Of a stretch of 32,000 nucleotides of DNA, positions 8,190 to 18,451 are shown one piece after another (position 1 is the stretch's first letter; every line of letters begins with the position of its first letter). The notes under the pieces were generated by a model. The model saw only the letters and a program-made list of their open reading frames with translations, had not been told where the DNA came from and ran no database searches. Source of the DNA: Bacilli bacterium (GTDB taxonomy: Bacteria > Bacillota_I > Bacilli_A > RF39 > UBA660); NCBI GenBank assembly GCA_900771805.1, contig CAAGPL010000002.1, forward strand, positions 1 through 32,000, given 5' to 3'. A program made the translations under genes and the position numbers.

Positions 8190-9376
8190 TGAAGATGAAG
8201 AAAAATTTTGGAATATTAATTTTATTATTCATAGTATTTTTAATGCCGATTACAACAATAAAAGCCAAAACAATTGCAGATCTACAAAAAGAGTTGGATG
8301 CTGCAGAAAAAAAGTTAAATGATACTAATACAAAAAAAGCTATAAATAGTCAAAATATTACTGATACAAATAAGAAAATAAATAGTATAAAATCTAGTAT
8401 AAAAGATGCTGAAGATAACATAGTAAAAAAAGAAGAGGAAAGTAAGCAACTAGAAAAAGATATAGCTTTAAAAAATGATCAAATAAAAGATTTAATGAGA
8501 TATTATCAAATATCTTCATCTGGATCAGCAATGTTAGAATACATAATGGGAGCAGAAAGTATAACAGATTTGATATATCGCTTATCAATTACAGAACAAA
8601 TATCTTCATATAATAAAAAGGCTATAAAGCAAATGAATGATATGATAGAAGAAAATGAACGTATAAAAAAAGAATTAACCTTAAAAAAAGAAGAGCTAAC
8701 AAGGTTAAAATCTGATTTAGATACACAAGTTATAGTTTTAAATCAAAAACAAAGCGAATTAGATAAAGAAGGCGAATCAGATGCACAAGCTGTTAAGGGA
8801 ATGCAAAAACAAATTAAATACTATAAATCAATAGGTTGTCGTGATAATGAATCCCTTGATGCTTGTTATGATAGAATATATGGTAAGAATTATCTACCAA
8901 GTGGAACAACATTCTTAAGACCATCAACTACTGGTAGAATATCTAGTGAGTTTGGTAATAGAACATTAAATGGGGCTTTTAATAAACATTTTGCAATAGA
9001 TATAGCTATGCCAACAGGAACACCAATATATCCGGTTGCTCCTGGAATAGTTGGTTATACAGATAGTGTATGTGGAATAACTCTTGTTTTATGGCATAAT
9101 GTTAATGGAAAGACATATTCATCAATATATTGCCATTTATCTAAACAATTAGTTAAAAAAGGGCAAGTTGTAACAACTGATACAAAAATTGCTTTATCAG
9201 GTTGTACAGGTCAGTGTTATGGGGCACATTTACATCTTGGTTTAGCAACAGGAAAATATAAAAGTGATTACTATAGATATTATAAAGGAAAAGAAGACAG
9301 CTTGGAGAATCATACATTTAATCCAAGAAATGTAATATTATTCCCAGCAAAAGGACAGAGCTATCATAATAGATAA
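8189..9376 (+). CDS. Secreted coiled-coil M23 (LytM-type) metallopeptidase
   Basis: Signal peptide, ~200 aa of coiled coil, and a C-terminal M23 domain with HxxxD (HFAIDIA) and HxH (GAHLHLG). The start overlaps the ftsX stop (TAATG). Confidence 0.88.
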   Translation: MKMKKNFGILILLFIVFLMPITTIKAKTIADLQKELDAAEKKLNDTNTKKAINSQNITDTNKKINSIKSSIKDAEDNIVKKEEESKQLEKDIALKNDQIKDLMRYYQISSSGSAMLEYIMGAESITDLIYRLSITEQISSYNKKAIKQMNDMIEENERIKKELTLKKEELTRLKSDLDTQVIVLNQKQSELDKEGESDAQAVKGMQKQIKYYKSIGCRDNESLDACYDRIYGKNYLPSGTTFLRPSTTGRISSEFGNRTLNGAFNKHFAIDIAMPTGTPIYPVAPGIVGYTDSVCGITLVLWHNVNGKTYSSIYCHLSKQLVKKGQVVTTDTKIALSGCTGQCYGAHLHLGLATGKYKSDYYRYYKGKEDSLENHTFNPRNVILFPAKGQSYHNR

Positions 9377-9382
9377 CATAAG

Positions 9383-9411
9383 AACAAGTTTAAAAGTAAA
9401 CTTGTTTTTTT
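9383..9411 (+). terminator. Rho-independent terminator
   Basis: Perfect 10-bp stem aacaagttta/taaacttgtt with a 4-nt loop, followed by a T tract. Confidence 0.8.
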
Positions 9412-9487
9412 GTAGATAAAAACATAATCTTTATAATAATTTTATAATAGTTTTAAAATGTTTATTATTTTTGAATTAAGTAAAATA

Positions 9488-9871
9488 TTATTTAATTATA
9501 TATTTTATTACTTCTTCCATGCTTTTCTTTGTTCCATTAGTATTGTAATATATTAAAACAGTATCAATAGCAAGTTTAAGCATATTAAAATATATTATAA
9601 GTTCACGTCCTTTAGCAGTGTCTTTATATTCATTAATATATTTTTCAAACATCTTTTTATCTTCATTTGAAAGTGGTTCTATTTCAAAATTATATTTCTT
9701 TTCTTTTTTTGCAAATCTATAAAATATTCCATTATAATACTCATCTATAAAGGATAAATCACTAATTTTAATTAAATCAGGAGTTATTCTATTATTTATG
9801 TTTTTTACTAGCTTTAAATCAGCTTCATATCTTTCTTCAAAAAAAAATTTTAGTCTTTTATTCTCGTTCAT
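9488..9871 (-). CDS. Hypothetical protein (127 aa)
   Basis: An isolated minus-strand ORF in an otherwise empty interval. AGGAGA lies upstream of the ATG. No recognisable motif. Confidence 0.55.
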   Translation of the reverse strand: MNENKRLKFFFEERYEADLKLVKNINNRITPDLIKISDLSFIDEYYNGIFYRFAKKEKKYNFEIEPLSNEDKKMFEKYINEYKDTAKGRELIIYFNMLKLAIDTVLIYYNTNGTKKSMEEVIKYIIK

Positions 9872-10031
9872 TATAACGTCTCCTTTGAATTAACATTTTA
9901 TATAATAATAGTATAGCACATTAATTATAATCTAAGTAATTCTTATTGATTACATATAAAATAAGTGTTAGAATAGGTTAATAAGATTTGAGTTGTTTAT
10001 TAATTTTCAAGTTATAGAAAGGAGGCCTTTT

Positions 10032-11987
10032 ATGTTCGATTTAGTATCAAAATTCAAACCATCAGGTGATCAACCAGAAGCAATAAAAGAGCTTTCTACA
10101 GGAATAAAAGATGGTAAGAAATATCAAGTTTTATTAGGAGCAACAGGAACTGGTAAAACTTTTACAATAGCAAACGTTATAAAAGAGGTTAATAAACCAA
10201 CACTCGTTCTTGCACATAATAAAACGCTTGCAGGTCAACTTTACTCTGAACTTAAGGAAATCTTTCCAAATAATCAGGTTTGTTACTTTGTTTCATATTA
10301 TGACTATTATCAACCAGAAGCATATGTACCTTCAAGTGATACTTATATAGAAAAAGACTCTTCAATAAATGATGAGATAGATGAATTAAGGCATTATGCA
10401 ACATCTTCACTAATTAATGCAAAAGATGTAATAGTAGTAGCATCGGTATCTTGTATATATGGTATTGGAGATAAAGAAGAATATGAAAAACATATGTTAA
10501 CGTTAAAGGTAGGAGAAGAAATAAATAGAAATGAAGTCCTATCAAAACTAGTTGATATGATGTATGAAAGAAATAACATAGATTTAGCAAGAGGCATGTT
10601 TAGAGCTAAAGGAGATGTTATCGAAGTAATACCAGTTTACGAAAAAAGCCATGGAATAAGAATTGAATTATTTGGTGATGAGATAGAAAGAATAACAGAG
10701 TTTGATGTTTTAACAGGTGCGGTAGTAGGTGAGAAAAAATTCATTTCAATTATGCCAGCATCACACTTTGTTACAAGTGAAGAAAAATTAAAAAAAGCAA
10801 TCGTAAACATAAGAAAAGAATTAGATGAAAGATTAGCTTATTTTAGAGAAAACGGCAAATTATTAGAGGCTGAACGCCTGGAACAGAGGTGTAAGTATGA
10901 CCTTGAAATGCTTGCAGAAACAGGTTTTTGTTCTGGCGTTGAAAACTATTCTAGACACTTGGCTTTAAAACCAGAGGGTGCAACTCCAACTTGTCTTTTG
11001 GACTTTTTTCCTGACGATTTTTTAATGGTAATAGATGAGTCACACGTAACATTACCTCAGGTTAAGGCAATGTATAATGGTGATAGGGCAAGAAAGCAAA
11101 TGCTTGTAGATTATGGATTTCGTCTTCCATCAGCACTAGATAACAGACCACTTAAATACGAAGAATTTGAAGAAAAAATAAACCAGGTAATATATGTATC
11201 TGCAACTCCTGGGGATGAAGAATTACAAAAAGTAAATAACAAGGTAGTAGAACAAATAATAAGGCCAACTGGACTTTTAGATCCATTAATAGAGGTTAGA
11301 AAACAAGAAAACCAAGTTGACGATTTAATAGAAGAAATAGAAAAGCAAATAGAAAAAGGCGATAGAACACTTGTTACAACATTAACAATTCGTATGGCAG
11401 AGGAATTAACTTCTTACTTGAAAAATTTAAATATAAAAGTAGCATACTTGCATAGTGAAGTTAAAACATTAGAAAGACTAAAAATTATTCATGATTTAAG
11501 GGAAGGCAAATATGATGTTTTGGTTGGTATTAACCTTTTAAGGGAAGGCCTTGATATTCCTGAGGTTAGTTTAGTTGCTATTTTGGATGCAGATAAGCAA
11601 GGATTCTTAAGAAGTCATAGAAGTTTAATTCAAACTATAGGTAGATGTGCTAGAAACGCAGAAGGCAGGGTAATTATGTATGCTAACTTAATAAGCGATG
11701 CGATGAGAACTGCTATAGACGAAACAAAAAGAAGAAGAGAAATTCAAATTAAATATAATAAGGAACATAATATAATTCCAAAAACAATAAAGAAAAAGAT
11801 AATGGATATAGTAACGGTAAATGATGAAGCAGGAGAAAAAACAAAAAAACGCACTATAAAAGATGTAAAAGAAACTGAAAAAATAATTAAAGGTTTAGAA
11901 GAAGAAATGCAAAAAGCTGCAAAAGAATTAGACTTTGAACGTGCTATGGAACTTCGTGATATTATATTTGAAATGAAAGTTAGTTAA
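10032..11987 (+). CDS. uvrB: Excinuclease ABC subunit B
   Basis: Walker [14 protein letters not shown] box (VIDESHVT), helicase motifs, and a C-terminal UVR domain ([17 protein letters not shown]). GGAGG lies before ATG 10032 (the track start at TTG 9993 is probably too early). Confidence 0.95.
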   Translation: MFDLVSKFKPSGDQPEAIKELSTGIKDGKKYQVLLGATGTGKTFTIANVIKEVNKPTLVLAHNKTLAGQLYSELKEIFPNNQVCYFVSYYDYYQPEAYVPSSDTYIEKDSSINDEIDELRHYATSSLINAKDVIVVASVSCIYGIGDKEEYEKHMLTLKVGEEINRNEVLSKLVDMMYERNNIDLARGMFRAKGDVIEVIPVYEKSHGIRIELFGDEIERITEFDVLTGAVVGEKKFISIMPASHFVTSEEKLKKAIVNIRKELDERLAYFRENGKLLEAERLEQRCKYDLEMLAETGFCSGVENYSRHLALKPEGATPTCLLDFFPDDFLMVIDESHVTLPQVKAMYNGDRARKQMLVDYGFRLPSALDNRPLKYEEFEEKINQVIYVSATPGDEELQKVNNKVVEQIIRPTGLLDPLIEVRKQENQVDDLIEEIEKQIEKGDRTLVTTLTIRMAEELTSYLKNLNIKVAYLHSEVKTLERLKIIHDLREGKYDVLVGINLLREGLDIPEVSLVAILDADKQGFLRSHRSLIQTIGRCARNAEGRVIMYANLISDAMRTAIDETKRRREIQIKYNKEHNIIPKTIKKKIMDIVTVNDEAGEKTKKRTIKDVKETEKIIKGLEEEMQKAAKELDFERAMELRDIIFEMKVS

Positions 11988-12017
11988 AAAGTAGAGATTT
12001 TACTTATCTCTACTTTT
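11987..12017. terminator. Bidirectional hairpin terminator between convergent uvrB and the XRE gene
   Basis: aaaagtagagat-tttactt-atctctactttt, with A and T tracts on either side. The right arm encodes the last residues of the minus-strand ORF. Confidence 0.7.
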
Positions 12018-12320
12018 AATATTTTTACAATACCAAATAACATCTTTTTTCTGATTATCACTAAGTTTATCAAATTCATATATTAATTCATCATTACAAG
12101 TAGTATCTTTTAATCTTACTGGAGTACTTATGTTTGTTCTATCTAACAAATAATCAACAGAAGTATCTAAAAAGTCTGCAAGCTTAATTAATGTATCAGC
12201 ACTAGGAAGAGCTTTTCCGCTTTCATAGGCACTTATTGTTTCTTGTGATACCTCGGCAGCTATTGATAGTCTTATTTGAGTTATATTCTTTTTTTGTCTT
12301 AATTCTTTTAAATTCTTCAT
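12000..12320 (-). CDS. XRE-family helix-turn-helix transcriptional regulator (106 aa)
   Basis: LRQKKNITQIRLSIAAEVSQETISAYESGKALPSADTLIKLADFLDTSVDYLL is a canonical HTH_3/Cro-C1 motif. Confidence 0.88.
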   Translation of the reverse strand: MKNLKELRQKKNITQIRLSIAAEVSQETISAYESGKALPSADTLIKLADFLDTSVDYLLDRTNISTPVRLKDTTCNDELIYEFDKLSDNQKKDVIWYCKNIKSRDK

Positions 12321-12477
12321 AATACTACTTCTTTCTATATTTCTAAAATAATTTTATAAAAAGTATTTGTATTTTATAGATATATGATGTATAATATATA
12401 CATATACAGATTATATTTATTATATGCAGTATCTTAATAATTATTCTGTAAATATGTAGAAAGGAGTAAGTAGTGCT

Positions 12478-13077
12478 ATGAAAGAAGAGAAAAAAACAGG
12501 ATTTTCAGTAGCGGCAATGGTATTAGGAATAATTGGAATTTGCTTATCATTTATACCCATAGTTAATAATGTTTCATTTATATTAGGTGTTTTATCTGTT
12601 ATTTTTGCGATAATTTCATTAGTTAAAAAGTCAGGTAAAGCAAAGGCAATTGTAGGATTAATATTAGGTATATTATCTGTTGTAATAACGCTATCACTTC
12701 AAAATAGCTGGTCAAAGTCGCTAGATGATGTTGGTAAAGATTTGGATAATATGACGGGTGATAATACAGAAGAAATATTAAAAAAAGATGTTGACGTTAA
12801 TATTGGAAAATTAAATGTTACAACCGATGAATATGGTTATTCAGATTCTGAACTTGTAGTTGCAGTAACAAATAAATCTAAAGAGAAAAAATCATTCACT
12901 ATACATATAGAAGCAGTGGATAATACTGGAAAAAGAATAGATGATGATTATGTTTATGCAAATGACTTGAATTCTGGTCAAACGCAAGACTTTAAAACAT
13001 TTACTTTAATTTCGTCGGAAAAATTAGAACAAATGAAATCAGCTGAATTTAAAATTATTGATGTTTCAATGAATTAG
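12478..13077 (+). CDS. Membrane protein with N-terminal TM helices and an extracytoplasmic beta-rich domain (DUF4190/DUF4352-like)
   Basis: Two or three hydrophobic helices (GIIGICLSFIP..., GLILGILSVVITL), then a soluble domain. GGAG RBS is present. It is divergent from the XRE gene. Confidence 0.65.
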   Translation: MKEEKKTGFSVAAMVLGIIGICLSFIPIVNNVSFILGVLSVIFAIISLVKKSGKAKAIVGLILGILSVVITLSLQNSWSKSLDDVGKDLDNMTGDNTEEILKKDVDVNIGKLNVTTDEYGYSDSELVVAVTNKSKEKKSFTIHIEAVDNTGKRIDDDYVYANDLNSGQTQDFKTFTLISSEKLEQMKSAEFKIIDVSMN

Positions 13078-13107
13078 AAAAGTTATGTTTTACATAGCTT
13101 TTTTTAT
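13078..13107 (+). terminator. Rho-independent terminator
   Basis: Stem aaaagttatg/catagctttt (one G-U pair) with a 5-nt loop and a T tract. Confidence 0.65.
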
Positions 13108-13109
13108 CA

Positions 13110-13138
13110 TTGTCATAAGTACATTCGTTTGATATAAT
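13110..13138 (+). promoter_or_regulatory. Sigma-A-type promoter candidate for uvrA (TTGTCA-17-TATAAT)
   Basis: Hexamers read directly at 13110-13115 and 13133-13138. Confidence 0.45.
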
Positions 13139-13183
13139 TGGTGTATAAATTTAATGATTTTATGATAAAATATTAAACTGAAG

Positions 13184-16009
13184 GTGATTTATGTGGACAA
13201 AATTATAGTAAAAGGTGCAAGAGAAAATAATTTAAAAAACGTGGATATAGAAATACCTAAAAATAAACTAACGGTAATGACAGGTGTATCTGGAAGTGGT
13301 AAATCATCCCTTGCTTTTGATACGATATATGCTGAAGGGCAAAGAAGATATGTAGAAAGCTTATCTGCTTATGCAAGGCAGTTTTTAGGAGGAACAAAAA
13401 AACCAGATGTAGATTCAATAGAAGGTCTTTCCCCATCCATTTCAATAGATCAAAAAACTACTAATAATAACCCAAGGTCAACGGTTGGAACGGTTACAGA
13501 AATATATGATTATTTTAGACTTTTATTCGCGCGTATAGGAGTTCCATATTGTCCTAATCATAACATTCCAATAACAAGTCAATCGATAGAAGAGATGACT
13601 ACGCAAATAATGAATGAGGAAGATAAAACTAAATTAATTATTATGTCACCGGTCATATATGGCCAAAAAGGAACGTTTAAAGATTTATTAGATTCTTTAA
13701 GAAAAGATGGTTATGTTAGGGTAAAGATAGATGATGAAGTAAAGGATTTAAGTGAAGAAATAACCCTTGATAAGAATAAAAAGCATAACATATTAGTTGT
13801 AATAGATAGGATAATTAAAAAGGAAGAAGCAAGAAGCAGAATATATGAAGCACTAGAACTTGCTTGCAAATTATCTAAAGGAAAAGCAGTGGTTTCCATT
13901 CCTGGAAAAAAAGACATTGTTATGAGTGAGTCATTTGCATGTCCACACTGTGATTTTTCTTTAGAAGAACTTGAACCTAGAATGTTTTCATTTAATGCTC
14001 CTTATGGTTCTTGTCCTGATTGTAAAGGTTTAGGATTTAAGCAAAAGATAAGTGAACAACTTATAATTCCTGACAAGGAAAAGACTCTAGCAAGAGGGGG
14101 AATAGAGCCACTTGCTGGTATGGATGACCAAAATATATACATAAAGAAACTAGAAATAGTTTGTGATAAGTTTGGCATAGATATGAACAAAAAAATGAAG
14201 GATTTAACTAAAAAAGAATTAGATATAATTCTTCGTGGTACAAAAGAAGCTATAGAATTTAATTTTAAAACTAGAAGTGGAAACGTAATGAATAGTTATG
14301 AGCCTTATGAAGGTGTTTTAAATAACTTAGAAAGAAGATATTTTGAAACTAATAGTGAGTTTATAAGAGACTGGTTAGGTAAATATATGGTAGAACTAAC
14401 TTGTCCTACATGCTTAGGTAAAAGACTTAAGAAAAGTGTTTTATCAGTATTAATAAATAAGAAAAACATAATTGATTTAACAGATATGAACATTGATAAG
14501 CTTTATGAGTTTTTTGATAACTTAAAACTTAGCAAGGAAAAAGAAAAAATAGCAAAATTATTAATAAAGGAAATAAAGTCTAGACTAGAATTTTTGCATA
14601 ATGTTGGATTGGGATACTTAACTTTATCTCGTAGTGCATCAACCTTGTCAGGTGGTGAGGCACAGAGAATAAGACTTGCAACGCAAATAGGCTCACAGTT
14701 AACGGGCGTTTTATACGTACTAGATGAACCTAGTATTGGACTTCATCAAAGAGATAACCAAAGACTTATTGATTCATTATTAAAAATGAGGGATATTGGA
14801 AATACACTAATAGTAGTAGAGCATGATACTGATACTATGATGCAAGCTGATTATTTAGTTGACGTAGGTCCTGGTGCAGGAGAGCATGGAGGCAGGATAG
14901 TAGCATGTGGAACGCCAGAAGAAGTTATGCAAAATACTAATAGTTTAACAGGGGATTATTTAAGTGGTAGAAAGAAAATAGAAGTACCTTTAAAACGTCG
15001 TAAAGGTAATGGTAAATTTATCGAAATAAAAGGTGCAAAGGAAAACAATTTAAAGAACATAAACGTTAAATTTCCTTTAGGAAATCTTGTTTTAGTAACT
15101 GGTGTATCAGGTTCTGGTAAAAGCAGTTTGGTAAACCAAATTTTGTATAAGGCTTTAGCATTAAACGTATACAAATCAAAAGTGGTTCCTGGTAAATATA
15201 GAAGTATAAAAGGTATAGAAGACGTAGATAAAGTAATAGATATAACACAAGATCCAATAGGTAGAACTCCTCGTAGTAATCCTGCTACATATGTTGGTGT
15301 ATTTGATGATATAAGAGATGTTTTTGCGCAAACAAAAGAAGCTAAAATAAGAGGATATGAAAAAGGACGGTTCTCATTTAACGTAAAAGGTGGTAGATGT
15401 GAGGCTTGCTATGGAGATGGTGTTAAAAAAATATCAATGAACTTTTTACCAGATGTATATGTTCCTTGTGAAGTATGTGGTGGAACTAGATTTAATAAGG
15501 AAACTTTAGAAGTTAAATATAAAGGAAAAACGATATATGATGTACTTGGAATGCGCGTTGAAGAAGCTATAGAATTCTTTGAAAATCATCCTAAAATAAA
15601 AAGAAAATTACAAGTTTTAATGGATGTTGGATTAGGATACATAAAGTTAGGTCAAAGTGCGCCAACTCTATCAGGTGGTGAGGCTTCCCGTGTTAAACTT
15701 GCTAAAGAGCTTCAGAAAAAACCAACTGGAAAAAGTGTATTTATTTTAGATGAACCAACAACTGGTCTTCATAGTGGTGACATAAAGAAATTACTTGTTA
15801 TTTTAAATAGAATAGTTGATAATGGAGATACTGTAATAGTTATAGAACATAACCTTGATGTTATAAAAGTGGCTGATTACATAATAGATTTAGGCCCTGA
15901 AGGTGGAGACTTAGGAGGACAAGTAGTTTGCGCTGGAACTCCGGAAAAAGTAGCTAAATGTAAAGAATCATATACAGGTCAGTATTTAAAGAAAGTATTA
16001 AAAAAATAA
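13184..16009 (+). CDS. uvrA: Excinuclease ABC subunit A
   Basis: Two ABC modules (GVSGSGKSS twice; LSGGEAQRIRLA and LSGGEASRVKLA). Zinc modules CPHC...CPDC and CEAC...CEVC. The start may be GTG 13184 or GTG 13193. Confidence 0.95.
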   Translation: MIYVDKIIVKGARENNLKNVDIEIPKNKLTVMTGVSGSGKSSLAFDTIYAEGQRRYVESLSAYARQFLGGTKKPDVDSIEGLSPSISIDQKTTNNNPRSTVGTVTEIYDYFRLLFARIGVPYCPNHNIPITSQSIEEMTTQIMNEEDKTKLIIMSPVIYGQKGTFKDLLDSLRKDGYVRVKIDDEVKDLSEEITLDKNKKHNILVVIDRIIKKEEARSRIYEALELACKLSKGKAVVSIPGKKDIVMSESFACPHCDFSLEELEPRMFSFNAPYGSCPDCKGLGFKQKISEQLIIPDKEKTLARGGIEPLAGMDDQNIYIKKLEIVCDKFGIDMNKKMKDLTKKELDIILRGTKEAIEFNFKTRSGNVMNSYEPYEGVLNNLERRYFETNSEFIRDWLGKYMVELTCPTCLGKRLKKSVLSVLINKKNIIDLTDMNIDKLYEFFDNLKLSKEKEKIAKLLIKEIKSRLEFLHNVGLGYLTLSRSASTLSGGEAQRIRLATQIGSQLTGVLYVLDEPSIGLHQRDNQRLIDSLLKMRDIGNTLIVVEHDTDTMMQADYLVDVGPGAGEHGGRIVACGTPEEVMQNTNSLTGDYLSGRKKIEVPLKRRKGNGKFIEIKGAKENNLKNINVKFPLGNLVLVTGVSGSGKSSLVNQILYKALALNVYKSKVVPGKYRSIKGIEDVDKVIDITQDPIGRTPRSNPATYVGVFDDIRDVFAQTKEAKIRGYEKGRFSFNVKGGRCEACYGDGVKKISMNFLPDVYVPCEVCGGTRFNKETLEVKYKGKTIYDVLGMRVEEAIEFFENHPKIKRKLQVLMDVGLGYIKLGQSAPTLSGGEASRVKLAKELQKKPTGKSVFILDEPTTGLHSGDIKKLLVILNRIVDNGDTVIVIEHNLDVIKVADYIIDLGPEGGDLGGQVVCAGTPEKVAKCKESYTGQYLKKVLKK

Positions 16010-16037
16010 AAAAATTTATAGAATAATAGATAATAAT

Positions 16038-16074
16038 AAAGTAGAGATATAGATTATCTTTACTTTATTTTTTT
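16038..16074 (+). terminator. Rho-independent terminator of uvrA
   Basis: Stem aaagtagagata/tatctttacttt with a 5-nt loop and a T8 tract. The stem sequence is nearly identical to the 11987-12017 hairpin. Confidence 0.8.
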
Positions 16075-16151
16075 ATGATTTATTTAAAACTTTTAGATTA
16101 ACTTTTCTTTTTATAAGAATGATAAAATATTAACTAAAGGAGCTGTTATTT

Positions 16152-16568
16152 ATGATATTGCCTGCAAATGTATCTTGGCCTAAAACAAAGAAGTGTGTTG
16201 AAGAAATAATAACGAAGTATGTTTACTATGTATTATCAGTAGATGATAGCTCATCTGTCAATATTAAAGAAGATTATTTTTTGAATAATTTAGAATATAA
16301 AGAGCCAGATAATATATTTTTTAAAAAAGATTTAGGCGAATTAAAGAAAAGAGTAGAATTTATTAATTATTTTAGAACAGCGTTCAACAGACTTACGACG
16401 GATGAAAGAAAAATTATATATTGGACATATATTGATAAGGAAAATAGATTTGATGATAGTTATATTGCTAATAATTTAGGTTTTTCGCTTGGCTACTATT
16501 ATATAAAAAAGAAAGAAACAATAATAAGATTTTCCTATTGCCTTGGAGTTGAAAAAATAGAAAAATAA
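16152..16568 (+). CDS. ArpU-like / sigma-70 region-4-like small transcriptional regulator (138 aa)
   Basis: Size and C-terminal segment (LTTDERKIIYWTYIDKENRFDDSYIANNLGFSLGYYYIKKKETIIRFSYCLGV) resemble phage-type ArpU/RinA late-gene activators. Recognised from memory only. Confidence 0.5.
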   Translation: MILPANVSWPKTKKCVEEIITKYVYYVLSVDDSSSVNIKEDYFLNNLEYKEPDNIFFKKDLGELKKRVEFINYFRTAFNRLTTDERKIIYWTYIDKENRFDDSYIANNLGFSLGYYYIKKKETIIRFSYCLGVEKIEK

Positions 16569-16600
16569 AAAAACAACAAAGTCCAACAAAATATATAAAA

Positions 16601-16630
16601 ATAATAATTATAATAATTATAATAATTATT
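16601..16630. repeat. 9-bp microsatellite (ATAATAATT)x3 plus a partial copy, just upstream of the RiPP-like operon
   Basis: Read directly. It generates several overlapping TATAAT hexamers 20-45 bp upstream of ATG 16647. Confidence 0.75.
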
Positions 16631-16646
16631 GTTATAGGAGGATAAT

Positions 16647-17111
16647 ATGGAATTTAATATAAGAAAGTGTAATTATGATGATGCAATAGCTGCAAATAAC
16701 CTTTTAACTAAATTAATAGCTGATGAAAAACAGTATGATGATAATATTAATGAAAATTGTGTTGTAAGATCATTATATGAAAAATTTTATAATAATGATG
16801 ATATATGTTTATATGTAGCTAAATATAATAATATAGTTGTGGGTTATATATATGGATATTTGCAAAATAATGGTGATTGTAAAAATAATACAGTCTGTAC
16901 ATTAGACGCTTTATACATATTAGAGGAATATAGAAATAATGGTGTAGCTACTGAGTTAGTTAATTCATTTATTAAATGGGCAAAAAATAAAGATGTACAT
17001 TACATAGAATTAAAAGTATGTAATTTAAATGAAGAAGCAATAAAGCTTTATAAGAAATTCGAATTTTTTGAAACTAAAATGATAATGACTAAAAATATGG
17101 AGGAATTATAA
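16647..17111 (+). CDS. GNAT family N-acetyltransferase (154 aa)
   Basis: LYILEEYRNNGVATELVNSFIKWAKNKDVHYIELKVCNLNEEAIKLYKKFEF is GNAT motif A/B. GGAGG RBS is present. Its stop overlaps the next start (TAATG). Confidence 0.85.
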   Translation: MEFNIRKCNYDDAIAANNLLTKLIADEKQYDDNINENCVVRSLYEKFYNNDDICLYVAKYNNIVVGYIYGYLQNNGDCKNNTVCTLDALYILEEYRNNGVATELVNSFIKWAKNKDVHYIELKVCNLNEEAIKLYKKFEFFETKMIMTKNMEEL

Positions 17112-18451
17112 TGGTTTTATCAAAGTTTTTTCATTCTAAACAAATAGAAGATGATTTATATGCAGTATATAATTCACTTGTTATGGATGTAATATATTTA
17201 AATCAAAAACAACTAGACAACATAAAAAAATATGAAGTTAATAAAGAAGATATGAAACTTTTAAAAGATGCAGGTATATATGTTGATAGTCTAAGCAAAG
17301 ATAAAGACGCCTTAGATATAGTTAAAAAAAGGTATGATAGAGTTTGCGGAAAAGTAAATATAATGTATTTTATAATGAGTACATCTTGTAATTTAGGATG
17401 TAAGTATTGTTTTATAGAAAATTGTCAGTTTAATAACAAAAAAGAGACTAATATGAGTGAAAAAACAGCACTAGAAGCTTTAAGTAAATACGATGATTAT
17501 TTAAAAACAAATGATATTAGAGGCTCAATTATTTTTTATGGTGGAGAACCTTTAGTAAATTGGAAAGTTATTCAAAAGGTATTATTAGCTGCTAAAGAAA
17601 TGAAAAGCCCAATAGACTTTTCTATGGTTACTAATGCAACTTTATTAGATGAAGAAAAAATTAAGTTTCTGGCTTGTAATAATGTTGAAATTGGAATATC
17701 TATAGATGGACCTAAAGCTTTGAATGATATAAATAGAGTTTATAGAAATAGTGAAAAAAGTGTATATGATGAAGTTATAAAAAAATTCCCTATGCTTAAA
17801 GCAGAACAAACAAAATTTGGGCTTTCTATTACGGTTTCTAATGATTTTTTAGACAATCAAGATGCGGTATTAGACTGGCTTTTAAAATTAAATGTAAAAA
17901 GTATATTTTATAATTTATATCATTATACTAGCTATGATGATAATTGGGAAGATTATTACAAAAGGGCTTGTGCTTTTCTTATAAAATCTTATGAAAAACT
18001 ATCAAAAAAGAATATATATGATGGAAGATTAATTAGAAAAATGGAAAGTTTTTATGATAATGAATTTAAGTTTTCAGACTGTGGTGCGATAGGTGCAAAT
18101 CAACTTGCTATAAAACCAAATGGTGATGTATGTATATGCCACGGTTATTTAAAAACAGATAAGTATGTTATTGGAAATATAAATAATGTTTCAATAGAAA
18201 CAATAATGCGATCTGATGAAATTAAATTTTGGAAACATAGAAACACTTTAAATAATAAAGAATGTTTAAAGTGTGAAGCTCTTTATGTATGTGGCGGTGG
18301 TTGTGCTATACAAGCAGAAGCTTTGTTTGGTGATAGAAGCAAAATAGATAGACCCTTTTGTATACATAGTAAGAGCGCTCTTAATTGGTTATTAAAGGAA
18401 AGTTATCGAATAAATACAAAAAAGGATGTAGTAGAGGAGGTGAAAAAATGA
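17111..18451 (+). CDS. Radical SAM enzyme with a C-terminal SPASM domain (peptide maturase-like, 446 aa)
   Basis: CX3CX2C (STSCNLGCKYCF), a GGEPL motif, and a SPASM pattern: CGAIGANQLAIKPNGDVCIC (C-x13-G-x4-C), then CLKCEALYVCGGGC (CX2CX5CX3C), then a distal C (FCIHS). An ~85-aa N-terminal extension precedes the cluster motif (possibly a peptide-recognition element). Confidence 0.9.
   Translation: MVLSKFFHSKQIEDDLYAVYNSLVMDVIYLNQKQLDNIKKYEVNKEDMKLLKDAGIYVDSLSKDKDALDIVKKRYDRVCGKVNIMYFIMSTSCNLGCKYCFIENCQFNNKKETNMSEKTALEALSKYDDYLKTNDIRGSIIFYGGEPLVNWKVIQKVLLAAKEMKSPIDFSMVTNATLLDEEKIKFLACNNVEIGISIDGPKALNDINRVYRNSEKSVYDEVIKKFPMLKAEQTKFGLSITVSNDFLDNQDAVLDWLLKLNVKSIFYNLYHYTSYDDNWEDYYKRACAFLIKSYEKLSKKNIYDGRLIRKMESFYDNEFKFSDCGAIGANQLAIKPNGDVCICHGYLKTDKYVIGNINNVSIETIMRSDEIKFWKHRNTLNNKECLKCEALYVCGGGCAIQAEALFGDRSKIDRPFCIHSKSALNWLLKESYRINTKKDVVEEVKK

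Noticed and set aside
12387-12403. 17-bp perfect palindrome ATGTATA-ata-TATACAT in the XRE/membrane-protein divergent intergenic region
   Set aside because: It could be the XRE operator. However, it consists purely of TA-rich sequence in a ~25% GC spacer, where such palindromes arise by chance, and it overlaps probable -10 elements.
13119-13130. Possible LexA/DinR (Cheo) box GTACattcGTTT in the uvrA promoter spacer
   Set aside because: It has two mismatches to the GAAC-N4-GTTC core, and no comparable site is seen upstream of uvrB (9872-10031). That is too weak to call without a position-weight-matrix scan.
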